Shown here: piece after piece, positions 44,555-53,730 of the stretch
How positions within the stretch are numbered: the first letter of the stretch is position 1
Layout of the letters: each line of letters begins with the position of its first letter
From: an uncultured Bacteroidota bacterium
GTDB lineage: Bacteria; Bacteroidota; Bacteroidia; Flavobacteriales; Flavobacteriaceae
NCBI GenBank assembly: GCA_902597545.1
Contig: CACJYD010000005.1
Coordinates: 5,420 to 69,419 of the forward strand
Direction: 5' to 3'
DNA length: 64,000 nucleotides
The notes under the pieces: model-generated
The model's input: the letters and a program-made list of their open reading frames with translations, nothing else
Database searches by the model: none
What the model was told of the DNA's origin: nothing
Made by a program: the position numbers and the translations under genes

Positions 44555-45463
44555 ATGAAGTTCTTGATAAGTGGGGGTACAGGCTTAATTGGTTCTAAGT
44601 TAACATCTCATTTAATTGATAATGGTCACTCAGTTAATATTTTGTCTCGAAAATACCGAAAATCAAATAATTCTAGAATTGAATATTTTATTTGGAAGCC
44701 ATCTGAAAGAGTGATAGATAAATCCTCAATCAAAGGAGTTGATGTAGTTATCAATTTAGCTGGCTCTAGTGTTTTTTCTCTGTGGACAAAGAGAAACAAA
44801 AAAAAGATTCTTAATTCTAGGATAGATTCATTGTCAACTTTGTACCAGATAATCAAAAGAGAAAAAAACCATAATGTGTCTCAAGTAATATCTGCCTCTG
44901 CTATTGGTATTTATCCAAATAGTAAAACCCTAAAGTACGATGAATCATTCCAATCTAAAGAGGGTTTGTTTTTAACTCATGTTGTTAGAGAATGGGAGAA
45001 AAAAGTTAAAGAATTCAATAAACTTAATATTAGTGTTACCACATTGAGAATAGGTCTTGTCTTGTCTAAAGATGGTGGAATTCTAAAAAAACTAATTCAA
45101 ATTAATAAATTAAGAATTTCGAACGTAATTGACGGGGGAAAGCAGTGCCAGTCATGGATTCATATTGACGATTTAGTAAATATTTTTTATCATGCTGTTG
45201 AAAATAAATTAGAAGGTATTTATAATGCTGTATCACCAAATCCATCAACTTTTTTAAAATTACAAGAACTTACATCTAAATTAAGTCACAAATCATTATT
45301 AAATTTTAATATCCCAAAAAGTTTAGTTATAATTCCATTTAAACTAATTGGTATTTTAGATTTTTACTACGATGTAATTGCTTCTGATAAAAACGTATCC
45401 GCTAATAAAATAGTTAAAAGTGGATATCATTTTAATTATCCATCCCTGGAAAAAATAAAATAA
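44555..45463 (+). CDS. TIGR01777/YfcH-type NAD-dependent epimerase family protein
   Basis: 302 aa. Rossmann N-terminus LISGGTGLIGSKL. The C-terminal part is like the DUF1731 extension. Confidence 0.8.
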   Translation: MKFLISGGTGLIGSKLTSHLIDNGHSVNILSRKYRKSNNSRIEYFIWKPSERVIDKSSIKGVDVVINLAGSSVFSLWTKRNKKKILNSRIDSLSTLYQIIKREKNHNVSQVISASAIGIYPNSKTLKYDESFQSKEGLFLTHVVREWEKKVKEFNKLNISVTTLRIGLVLSKDGGILKKLIQINKLRISNVIDGGKQCQSWIHIDDLVNIFYHAVENKLEGIYNAVSPNPSTFLKLQELTSKLSHKSLLNFNIPKSLVIIPFKLIGILDFYYDVIASDKNVSANKIVKSGYHFNYPSLEKIK

Positions 45464-45474
45464 TTCTCTGACAT

Positions 45475-45506
45475 TTTGTCAAAATTAAAATGTTGGCAGT
45501 AAATTT
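45475..45506 (+). promoter_or_regulatory. candidate Bacteroidota promoter for grpE-dnaJ: TTTG-N20-TAAATTTG
   Basis: TTTG at 45475-45478 and TAAATTTG at 45499-45506, with 20-nt spacing. The -7 box ends 12 nt before the ATG. The -33 element lies inside the palindrome TGACAtttTGTCA (45469-45481). Confidence 0.5.
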
Positions 45507-45518
45507 GTTTTTTATTTA

Positions 45519-46025
45519 ATGGATATGGCAAATAGTAAAAAAAAATCAACAAAACCTAAGTCTCCAACACTTAAGAATCAAATCAAATCATTGAATGACG
45601 AATTAAAGGATGAAAAAGATAAATTTTTAAGACTTTTTGCAGAGTTTGAAAACTTTAGAAAAAGAACAGCTAAAGAAAGACTTGATCTATTTAAATCAGC
45701 ATCCAGCGAACTAATGACTGCGTTAATCCCCGTTGCTGATGATATGGATAGAGCTTTTAATGAATTCAAAAAGTCAGAAAATGAAAATTTAATAAAGGGA
45801 TTTGAGCTGATTTATAATAAGTTGAATGATACACTAAAGGCAAATGGATTAACTGTGATTATTGTAAATAAGGGAGATGTTTTCGATTCTGAAAAACATG
45901 AAGCAATCACGCAAATTAAAGCAACTGATAAAAAAATGGTCGGAAAAGTTGTAGATGTTATTGAGACTGGTTATAGTTTAGGTGAAAAAATTTTAAGATA
46001 TCCAAAAGTTGTAGTAGCTAACTAA
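45519..46025 (+). CDS. grpE: nucleotide exchange factor GrpE
   Basis: 168 aa. [18 protein letters not shown] and a C-terminal beta domain [16 protein letters not shown]. Confidence 0.93.
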   Translation: MDMANSKKKSTKPKSPTLKNQIKSLNDELKDEKDKFLRLFAEFENFRKRTAKERLDLFKSASSELMTALIPVADDMDRAFNEFKKSENENLIKGFELIYNKLNDTLKANGLTVIIVNKGDVFDSEKHEAITQIKATDKKMVGKVVDVIETGYSLGEKILRYPKVVVAN

Positions 46026-46030
46026 TATTA

Positions 46031-47137
46031 ATGAAAGAGGATTATTATAAAATTTTAGGAGTTGAAAAAAATGCTTCTGAATCAGAGATTAAGAAAGCTT
46101 ACAGAAAATCTGCCATAAAATATCACCCCGATAAAAATCCTGGAGATAAAGAAGCTGAAACTAAGTTTAAACAAGCAGCTGAAGCTTATGAAGTTTTAGG
46201 AAATTCAGAAAAAAGAGCTAAATATGATCAATTTGGTCATGCTGCCTTTGATGGATCTGGTGGATTTGGTGCCGGAGGAATGAATATGGATGACATATTT
46301 AGTCAGTTTGGTGATATATTCGGAGGTGCATTTGGAGGTTTTGGAGGTTTTGGAGGATCTTCTCAAAGAAGATCAAAAGGAACAAATCTTAGAATAAAAG
46401 TTTCTTTAACTATCAATGAAATTGCAAATGGTGTTAACAAAAAAATTAAAGTCAAAAGAAAAGTTCAAGCACCTGGCACTGAATTTTCTACTTGCCCTCA
46501 ATGTGGAGGATCTGGACAAGTAACACAAATAACAAATACAATTTTAGGACGAATGCAGTCTACAACTACATGTAATGCATGTTCTGGAACTGGTAAAATT
46601 GTTACTAAAAAGGCTCCAGGTTCAGATGTAAATGGTCAAATTTTAACGGAGGAAACAGTCGAAGTTAAAATACCAGCTGGTGTTGAGGATGGCATGCAAC
46701 TTAGAGTTAGTGGAAAAGGAAATGATGCAATATCAGATGGTATTTCTGGTGATTTACTAGTTTTAATTAGTGAATTAGATGATGAAAATTTCAAAAGAGA
46801 GGGTAATAATTTACATTTTGATTTATACGTTAGTATTTCAGAAGCTGTTTTGGGTGTATCCAAAGAAATAGATACTGTTAACGGAAAAGTTAGAATTAAA
46901 TTGGATCCAGGCATACAATCAGGAAAAATTTTAAGGCTCAGAGGCAAAGGTTTAAAATCTGTAAATGGTTATGGAACAGGTGATTTATTAGTTCACGTAA
47001 ATGTTTGGACACCTAAGACTGTCAATAAAGATCAAAGACGGTTTTTTGAAGAAATGAAGGATAGCGATCATTTTAAACCTAACCCTGATAAGAATGACAA
47101 ATCTTTCTTTGAAAAGGTAAAAGATATGTTTTCTTAA
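46031..47137 (+). CDS. dnaJ: molecular chaperone DnaJ
   Basis: J-domain YHPDKNPGD, a G/F linker, and zinc-finger repeats CPQCGGSG / CNACSGTG. Confidence 0.96.
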   Translation: MKEDYYKILGVEKNASESEIKKAYRKSAIKYHPDKNPGDKEAETKFKQAAEAYEVLGNSEKRAKYDQFGHAAFDGSGGFGAGGMNMDDIFSQFGDIFGGAFGGFGGFGGSSQRRSKGTNLRIKVSLTINEIANGVNKKIKVKRKVQAPGTEFSTCPQCGGSGQVTQITNTILGRMQSTTTCNACSGTGKIVTKKAPGSDVNGQILTEETVEVKIPAGVEDGMQLRVSGKGNDAISDGISGDLLVLISELDDENFKREGNNLHFDLYVSISEAVLGVSKEIDTVNGKVRIKLDPGIQSGKILRLRGKGLKSVNGYGTGDLLVHVNVWTPKTVNKDQRRFFEEMKDSDHFKPNPDKNDKSFFEKVKDMFS

Positions 47138-47158
47138 CTTTACAATTCAATAAAATAT

Positions 47159-48322
47159 ATGTCAAAAATTTTAATAGTTGAGGATGAAGATGCAATAAGA
47201 AGGGTCTTAAAAAAAGTTCTCTTAGAGGAAAATTCTAAATTCATTATTGATGAAGCAATAGATGGTGTTGATGCCGAAAAAAAAATTAAGTCAAGTAATT
47301 ATGATTTAGTTATCTGTGATATCAAGATGCCCAAAAAAGATGGAATTGATGTACTCAATTTTACAAAAAAATATAATGAAGAAACTAATGTAATAATGAT
47401 TTCTGGTCACGGTGACCTAAAAACTGCAGTCAAGGCGATGAGAATTGGCGCATTTGATTACATAGAGAAACCACCAGACCTAAACAACTTGTTAAATTCT
47501 GTAAGAGGAGCATTAAAATCAAAATCTGCTAGTGGTAAAAAAGTTAAAAAAACTATAAAGACTGGTAAGTTTGAAATTGTCGGAGAGTCTAAAAAAATTG
47601 TAGAATTAAAAGATCTAATCGTAAAAATATCACCAACAAATGCTAAAGTACTTATTCTTGGTCCAAATGGAGCAGGTAAAGAATTAGTTGCTCGTCAAAT
47701 TCATTTGAATAGTTTAAGAAATGATGGGCCTTTTGTTGAAGTAAATTGTGCTGCAATACCATCAGAGCTAATTGAAAGTGAGCTTTTTGGACACCTTAAA
47801 GGTTCTTTTACATCTGCTCACAAAGATAGAACAGGAAAGTTCGAAGCAGCAAATAACGGCACTTTATTCCTTGATGAAATTGGAGACATGAGTTTATCTG
47901 CTCAATCAAAAGTTTTAAGAGCTATTCAAGAAAATAAGATTCAAAAAGTTGGAAGTGAAAAAGATATTTTTGTAGATACAAGAGTAATAGCTGCTACCAA
48001 TAAAAATGTAAAGGATTTAATTTCATCTAATAAGTTTAGGGAAGATTTATACCATAGAATTTCAGTTATTGAACTTAATGTCCCAAAACTTGATGATAGA
48101 AAAGATGACATTCCTGAACTTGTTAGTTTCTTTCTAGACCAAATCTCCGTTCAATATGACAAGAATTTAATTACAATTGATAATAAAGCATTGAAAAAGC
48201 TTGCCAGCTACAGTTGGCCAGGTAATGTTCGTGAATTAAGAAATGTTGTTGAGAGACTTATTATTTTAGTTGAATCTGATAATATAACTGAAAAAGACGT
48301 TATTAAATTCTCAGGCAAATAA
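47159..48322 (+). CDS. sigma-54-dependent response regulator (receiver + AAA+), no C-terminal HTH domain
   Basis: Receiver ILIVEDEDAI...DLVICDIKMP. Walker A GPNGAGKE. GAFTGA-equivalent loop GSFTSA. Walker B LFLDEIGDM. The protein ends about 30 aa after WPGNVRELRNVVERL. Confidence 0.85.
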   Translation: MSKILIVEDEDAIRRVLKKVLLEENSKFIIDEAIDGVDAEKKIKSSNYDLVICDIKMPKKDGIDVLNFTKKYNEETNVIMISGHGDLKTAVKAMRIGAFDYIEKPPDLNNLLNSVRGALKSKSASGKKVKKTIKTGKFEIVGESKKIVELKDLIVKISPTNAKVLILGPNGAGKELVARQIHLNSLRNDGPFVEVNCAAIPSELIESELFGHLKGSFTSAHKDRTGKFEAANNGTLFLDEIGDMSLSAQSKVLRAIQENKIQKVGSEKDIFVDTRVIAATNKNVKDLISSNKFREDLYHRISVIELNVPKLDDRKDDIPELVSFFLDQISVQYDKNLITIDNKALKKLASYSWPGNVRELRNVVERLIILVESDNITEKDVIKFSGK

Positions 48323-48326
48323 GTTT

Positions 48327-49700
48327 ATGAAAAAAATATTTATCATTCTATTTTTCTTTATTTCTCTTAATAATTTTGGGCAAGACGAAAAAGTAATCAA
48401 AGATATATTCGAGGCTGGCTTTACAGAAAGTAAAGCTTATTCATGGTTAGATTACCTATCAAATGAAATTGGAGGTAGGCTTTCTGGATCATATGAGGCA
48501 CAATTAGCAGTTGAATGGTCAAAAAAGGAATTAGATAAGTTAAATTTTGATAAAGTATGGTTGCAACCTGTTATGGTTCCAAGGTGGGTTAGGGGACCTA
48601 AAGAGTTTGCTTTAATCGAAACCGAACCAGGCATTACTTTTAATGTCCCAGTAGCTGCCTTGGGTGGTTCTGTTGCAACACCCTCTGTTGGAATCAAATC
48701 AAATGTAATTGAAGTTAAGTCAATTGATGAACTAAAATTGTTAGGTAAAGAAAAAATTGATGGTAAAATAGTTTTCTTTAATCGCCCTATGGATCCAAAG
48801 TTTATTACAACCTTTACAGCTTATGGTACCGCTGTTGATCAACGAGCGCTTGGTGCGCTAGAGGCTTCAAAATATGGTGCTATTGGAGTTATCGTTAGAT
48901 CAATGACATTAAGAAATGATGATTTTCCTCACACTGGAGGTTTAACATACGGTGCTCTTGCAATTAGCAAAAGAATTCCTGCAGCAGCAATAAGTACAAA
49001 TGGTGCTGATAAATTAAGTAGTTTATTAAAAATCAAACCTGACCTAAAATTCCTACTGAGACAACAATGCAAACAACTCCCTGATGCTCAATCATATAAT
49101 GTAATTGCTGAAAAAAAAGGAACAATGTATCCTGATGAAGTTATTTTAGTTGGAGGACATTTAGATTCGTGGGATATTGGTGATGGAAGTCATGATGATG
49201 GAGCAGGTGTAGTACATTCAATGGATCTAATTAATTTATTTAGTAAAATAAATTATAAACCTAAAAGAACAATAAGAGTTGTTTTGTTTATGAATGAAGA
49301 AAACGGATTAAGAGGATCACTTAAGTATAAAGAAATTGCTGATAAAGAAGGTGTGAATCATATTTTTGCAATTGAGTCTGATGCTGGGGGATTTAGACCT
49401 TTAGGTTTTTCTTTTACATGTAATGATTCAAATTTTTTAAGAATCTTAGAATGGAAAAAATTGTTTGCCCCATATTTTATTAACGTATTCATCAAAGGTG
49501 GTAGTGGAGCAGATATTTCTAATTTAAGAACTGATTATAACGTTTTGTCAGGCTTAAGACCTAACTCACAAAGATATTTTGACTACCATCATACTGAAAT
49601 TGATACATTCGACGCCATTAACAAAAGAGAATTAGAAATGGGTTCATCAGCAGTTGCATCCTTGGTTTATCTTTTTGATAAATATGGCTTAAATGATTGA
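48327..49700 (+). CDS. M28 family metallopeptidase (aminopeptidase), secreted
   Basis: Signal peptide, a PA-like insert, and zinc ligand motifs GGHLDSWDIGDGSHDDGAG and NEENGL. Confidence 0.85.
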   Translation: MKKIFIILFFFISLNNFGQDEKVIKDIFEAGFTESKAYSWLDYLSNEIGGRLSGSYEAQLAVEWSKKELDKLNFDKVWLQPVMVPRWVRGPKEFALIETEPGITFNVPVAALGGSVATPSVGIKSNVIEVKSIDELKLLGKEKIDGKIVFFNRPMDPKFITTFTAYGTAVDQRALGALEASKYGAIGVIVRSMTLRNDDFPHTGGLTYGALAISKRIPAAAISTNGADKLSSLLKIKPDLKFLLRQQCKQLPDAQSYNVIAEKKGTMYPDEVILVGGHLDSWDIGDGSHDDGAGVVHSMDLINLFSKINYKPKRTIRVVLFMNEENGLRGSLKYKEIADKEGVNHIFAIESDAGGFRPLGFSFTCNDSNFLRILEWKKLFAPYFINVFIKGGSGADISNLRTDYNVLSGLRPNSQRYFDYHHTEIDTFDAINKRELEMGSSAVASLVYLFDKYGLND

Positions 49701-49703
49701 TTA

Positions 49704-50318
49704 ATGGACTTCATTCTAGATTTAGACAACTCTCTATTTATTTTTTTAAATTCATTAGGTTCCGATAATTTTGATAAAATTTGGCTCACTATATCTAACA
49801 AGGAAACATGGTATATTTTATATCTGATCATAATATTATTTTACTTACCGGGAAAAGTAAATAATTCTTTACTTGGATTTTTATCTTTTTATCAGTTTAA
49901 ACCTAAAAATAGAAATCGAATTTTTTTTATATTAATTGCAACTATTCTAATAATATTTACAGATCAGTCAAGTAATTTTTTTAAAGATTATTTTGAAAGA
50001 TTAAGACCCTGTCATAATCCTGATATATCATCTTTGATAAGAATTGTCAAGGAGGGATGTGGTGGTCTTTACGGTTTTTTTTCAGCTCATTCTGCTAACA
50101 CATTTGCATTTGCAATGTTTATTTATCTAAATACAAAAAAGAATTATAGATCATATATGTCTTTTTTATTTATTTGGGCAACCATCATTTCATACAGCAG
50201 AATTTACTTAGGTGTCCATTTTCCCACTGATATCATTTTTGGAGCTGTATACGGACTATTGTCGGGTTATTTATTTTACAAATTATATTTTTTTGGATTG
50301 GCGAAGCTTGAAGGTTAA
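49704..50318 (+). CDS. PAP2-family phosphatase (undecaprenyl-diphosphatase-like)
   Basis: Acid-phosphatase motifs KDYFERLRP, SAHS and SRIYLGVHFPTD. Multiple TM helices. Confidence 0.85.
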   Translation: MDFILDLDNSLFIFLNSLGSDNFDKIWLTISNKETWYILYLIIILFYLPGKVNNSLLGFLSFYQFKPKNRNRIFFILIATILIIFTDQSSNFFKDYFERLRPCHNPDISSLIRIVKEGCGGLYGFFSAHSANTFAFAMFIYLNTKKNYRSYMSFLFIWATIISYSRIYLGVHFPTDIIFGAVYGLLSGYLFYKLYFFGLAKLEG

Positions 50319-50320
50319 AT

Positions 50321-50905
50321 TTATTTTAACAATTCAGAAAACTTTGATTTAAACTTATTAATTCTTGGAACAGAAACATTCCATATATAAGCATTGTTAG
50401 GGTTTTTTTCTTTATAGTCTTGATGATAATCTTCAGCTATATAAAACACATCAAACTTTTTAACTTCTGTAACAATTTTTGGGTAAATTTTATTTTTTAG
50501 TAAACGCTTAATTTCTTCATCAATAATCTTTTTTTCATTTTCATTGCTATAAAATGCAATGGATCTGTAGTGTGTTCCTCTATCTGGTCCTTGCCTGTTT
50601 AGAGTAGTTGGGTCATGTGATCCAAAAAAAACTTTCACTAATTCATCAAAACTAATTTTCTCTGAATCATAATAAACCTTTATGGCTTCAGCATGTCCTG
50701 TTTTCCCTGTTAAAACTGTATAATAAGTAGGATTTTTAGTATAACCACCAGAATAGCCTGATTCGACTTTATCTACACCAACTAAACTTTCATAAATAGA
50801 TTCAACACACCAAAAACAACCAGATGCAAAATATGCTTCTTTCATGTCTTGAGCATTTGACTGAATAAAAAATATCATTAATATAACACTAAGAGCTTTT
50901 TTCAT
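50321..50905 (-). CDS. msrA: peptide-methionine (S)-S-oxide reductase MsrA with N-terminal signal peptide
   Basis: MKKALSVILMIFFIQSNAQ is followed by the catalytic GCFWCVE motif. Also GHAEAIKV. Confidence 0.9.
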   Translation of the reverse strand: MKKALSVILMIFFIQSNAQDMKEAYFASGCFWCVESIYESLVGVDKVESGYSGGYTKNPTYYTVLTGKTGHAEAIKVYYDSEKISFDELVKVFFGSHDPTTLNRQGPDRGTHYRSIAFYSNENEKKIIDEEIKRLLKNKIYPKIVTEVKKFDVFYIAEDYHQDYKEKNPNNAYIWNVSVPRINKFKSKFSELLK

Positions 50906-52637
50906 TTTTATTTTTTAAAATTAATAACCTAAAGTCTATCGATTTGTTTCCTTTTAATGTTGTTGTTTTGAGTTTCAGTCTACTTATTCCTTTTTTAAAA
51001 CTTAGTTCTCCAATATTTATTTTTTTAAAATCCTTGGTGTAGGATTCTATTCTTTTTATCTTATCCTTGTCAAATCCCTCAAGGCTTGGATCATGAAAAT
51101 CATCAATAGTTTTCTTAATTATTTGATCTTCAAATTCTAGTGCAATTTCAGTGCCAACACTTTCTTTAGGTAATGTATAATATAATTCAACAGATTTAGT
51201 TTCATTTTCTAATACATCAACATCCCAATAAATGTAATCATCAGAACTTTTCCAATTTTCTATAAATGAACAATTAGCATGAATTGAGGATCTTTGTAAT
51301 TCACCTGTTATCTCAGCATCTCTGGCAGGTAGGTGAGTATAATTAGAATTCTTGTAATTTATAGTGAATGGCCTTCTTTTATTTTTTTTAATTATTTTAT
51401 TGATTGATTCTCTCCAAATTCTTTTAGCTTCTTTTAATTTCTCATATTCATTTATTTTTTTTTCGTTAATAGCATAATATTGGCTATGATCATTGTTCAG
51501 GTCATACAAATTATCGTTATAGTCTAAGATATATTCATTATTTCTCACACTCAATCTATTATTCCAGAATGAAAATACTTTTCTTTGATTATCTAATAAA
51601 TCAGGATTTTCAATATACTTTTTGAAACTTTTTCCATCAAAACTTATCCCTGTTGGACTTTCAATAAGATCTGTTAGTGTTGGAAACACATCCAATGCAC
51701 TTGTTACTTGTTTAATTTTTATGCCTGGTTTAATTTTATTTGGCCATTGAATAAAAAATGGTACTCTTACACCACCTTCATTAGTACTACCTTTTCTTTC
51801 TTTCAGCTCATTATTCCATCTATTTCCATTTGGTCCATTATCACTCAAAAAAATAATGATAGTGTCTTCATATTTATCAATTTCCTTAAGAGTTTTAATA
51901 ATTTTTCCAACATTTTCATCAATATTTTCAATCATTCCTAATGCTGCCTTTGTTTTTTCTACATTTTCTCTCTCTGAATATCTGCCTTTAAGAATAATTT
52001 TTTTTTCCTTTGAATACTTATCCGGCACTTGCATAGGCGAATGGGGTGTGTTATAGGAAATGAAAGTAAAGAAGGGTTTAGATAAATTTTTTATATACGA
52101 AATAGCATTATTTGTAATATCATCATTTATATAACCCTTTCCTCTAACTAATTCACCATTTCTCTCCAAAATAGGATCAAAATAATTACCCCAGTGACCC
52201 GAGGTAAAACCATAAAACTCGTCAAATCCCCTTGAATTTGGATGATACGGAGGTTGAGATCCATTATGCCATTTTCCAAATAGCCCAGTAGAATAACTTT
52301 TCTCTTTAAAATAATTGGAAATAATTTTTTCGTTAGTATTCATTCTTTCATATCCTCTTGTAACTCCGTTAACACCTGTCCTAACAAAATATTTTCCTGT
52401 TAGTAGTTCCGCTCTTGTCGGAGCACAAACTGGACTAACATAAAATCTTGAAAAGGATGCTCCATTTTTAGCGAAACTATCAATATTTGGTGTTTTTAAA
52501 TTTGTATTTCCATGAATACTTAAATCTCCCCAACCTTGGTCATCTGTCATGAATATTAAAACATTAGGATTTAAATTCTTTTCACATGAAAAAAACAAAA
52601 AAGAAAAAAATATTATGTAAAAAATTCTTCTTATCAT
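50889..52637 (-). CDS. arylsulfatase-family lipoprotein with a C-terminal beta-sandwich extension
   Basis: Lipobox FFSC. Also MTDDQGWGD, formylglycine motif CAPTRAELLTG and GKWH. About 150 extra C-terminal residues. Confidence 0.88.
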   Translation of the reverse strand: MIRRIFYIIFFSFLFFSCEKNLNPNVLIFMTDDQGWGDLSIHGNTNLKTPNIDSFAKNGASFSRFYVSPVCAPTRAELLTGKYFVRTGVNGVTRGYERMNTNEKIISNYFKEKSYSTGLFGKWHNGSQPPYHPNSRGFDEFYGFTSGHWGNYFDPILERNGELVRGKGYINDDITNNAISYIKNLSKPFFTFISYNTPHSPMQVPDKYSKEKKIILKGRYSERENVEKTKAALGMIENIDENVGKIIKTLKEIDKYEDTIIIFLSDNGPNGNRWNNELKERKGSTNEGGVRVPFFIQWPNKIKPGIKIKQVTSALDVFPTLTDLIESPTGISFDGKSFKKYIENPDLLDNQRKVFSFWNNRLSVRNNEYILDYNDNLYDLNNDHSQYYAINEKKINEYEKLKEAKRIWRESINKIIKKNKRRPFTINYKNSNYTHLPARDAEITGELQRSSIHANCSFIENWKSSDDYIYWDVDVLENETKSVELYYTLPKESVGTEIALEFEDQIIKKTIDDFHDPSLEGFDKDKIKRIESYTKDFKKINIGELSFKKGISRLKLKTTTLKGNKSIDFRLLILKNKNEKSS

Positions 52638-53725
52638 TTTATAAAGTCTAAAAGTTGCTTAGAAAAACTATCCCAATTTAATTTTTTCTTTAAAATTTTT
52701 AGTTGTTTAGTTTTTTCTTTCAAATCTGAATCAATTGCATCTAAAATATTATCACTTATTGATTTTGAGTTTTTCTCACATATAAATGAATTGCCATCAT
52801 TAAGTATTTCTTTAATTCCACCTTGTGCAGTAGTAATAATAATTTTTTCAAAATATATTGCAATGGATATTATTCCACTTTGAGTAGCATTAAGGTTTGT
52901 TTGAATTACAAAATCTGCAATTGAAAACCATTTTTTAATTTCAGATTCAGCAACAAATTTATTGTGTATTGTTACATGTTCTTCTAAATCTAATTTTTCA
53001 AGTAATTCCTGATAATTTCTTAAGTTATCATAAAACTCACCAACAATAACTAAATGAATATTATTATCTTTTTCAAATGCTAACTTAAAAGATTTAATTA
53101 GTAATTCTAATCCCTTGTATTTTCTTACTATTCCGAAGTGTAAAAAGATTTTTTTACTTGATTTTATGTTTAAATCTTTAATAATTTCATTTTTATTAAT
53201 TAGTTTCTGTTTCAAATTAGGAATTGGATGGAATAAAGAAATTCCATTTTTGTTGGAAATCTGATCTAATGTATGTTTTGATAGGGTCACAAATTTATTC
53301 AGGCTATTTAAATAAATATTGGTAAAAAACCTATCTAATATTCTGTTTTCATGACTGTTAATATTATGTAATAAACCAATTTTTAAAATTCGTTTAGGTA
53401 CAATTTTGTTTATTATTGAATATGATATAGAAAAAAAAGGATTCCAATGAGTTGATAATATTACATCTGGATTTACATGTTTTAAGTATTTATTAATAAG
53501 CAGATAGGAAAATGGATTATAAGGATTTATCGTTTTTATTTTTTTGAAATTAGCTGATTTGTTGTGAAACTGATTTTTTCCAGGAAAAAAAAATCTTGGG
53601 TAAAGGATTGAAAATGATAAAATAGAAATATTATGTTTTTTATTTATAGTAGAAATTAATTCATTATTGAAGTCTGAAATACCTCCTCTGAGTGGTGGAA
53701 CAGGACCTACAAGTAAGATATTCAT
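52634..53725 (-). CDS. glycosyltransferase family 1 (GT4-like)
   Basis: 363 aa with GT-B layout. The C-terminal half has the EX7E-like region (...QTNLNATQSGIISIAIYFEKIIITTAQGGIKEIL). 4-nt overlap with the sulfatase gene. Confidence 0.75.
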   Translation of the reverse strand: MNILLVGPVPPLRGGISDFNNELISTINKKHNISILSFSILYPRFFFPGKNQFHNKSANFKKIKTINPYNPFSYLLINKYLKHVNPDVILSTHWNPFFSISYSIINKIVPKRILKIGLLHNINSHENRILDRFFTNIYLNSLNKFVTLSKHTLDQISNKNGISLFHPIPNLKQKLINKNEIIKDLNIKSSKKIFLHFGIVRKYKGLELLIKSFKLAFEKDNNIHLVIVGEFYDNLRNYQELLEKLDLEEHVTIHNKFVAESEIKKWFSIADFVIQTNLNATQSGIISIAIYFEKIIITTAQGGIKEILNDGNSFICEKNSKSISDNILDAIDSDLKEKTKQLKILKKKLNWDSFSKQLLDFIK

Positions 53726-53730
53726 TAATT

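Noticed and set aside
45493-45507. Sigma-54-like element TGGCAGtaaatTTGT (GG-N10-GT) upstream of grpE, tempting because an NtrC-type activator lies downstream.
   Set aside because: The -12 GC is not intact. The same bases are fully explained by a canonical Bacteroidota primary-sigma promoter, TTTG-N20-TAAATTTG (45475-45506). The implied sigma-54 start site would fall on the start codon.
46331-46357. Short tandem DNA repeat TTTGGAGGT x3 in dnaJ.
   Set aside because: It encodes the ordinary Gly/Phe-rich linker (FGGFGGFGG) present in all type I DnaJ proteins.
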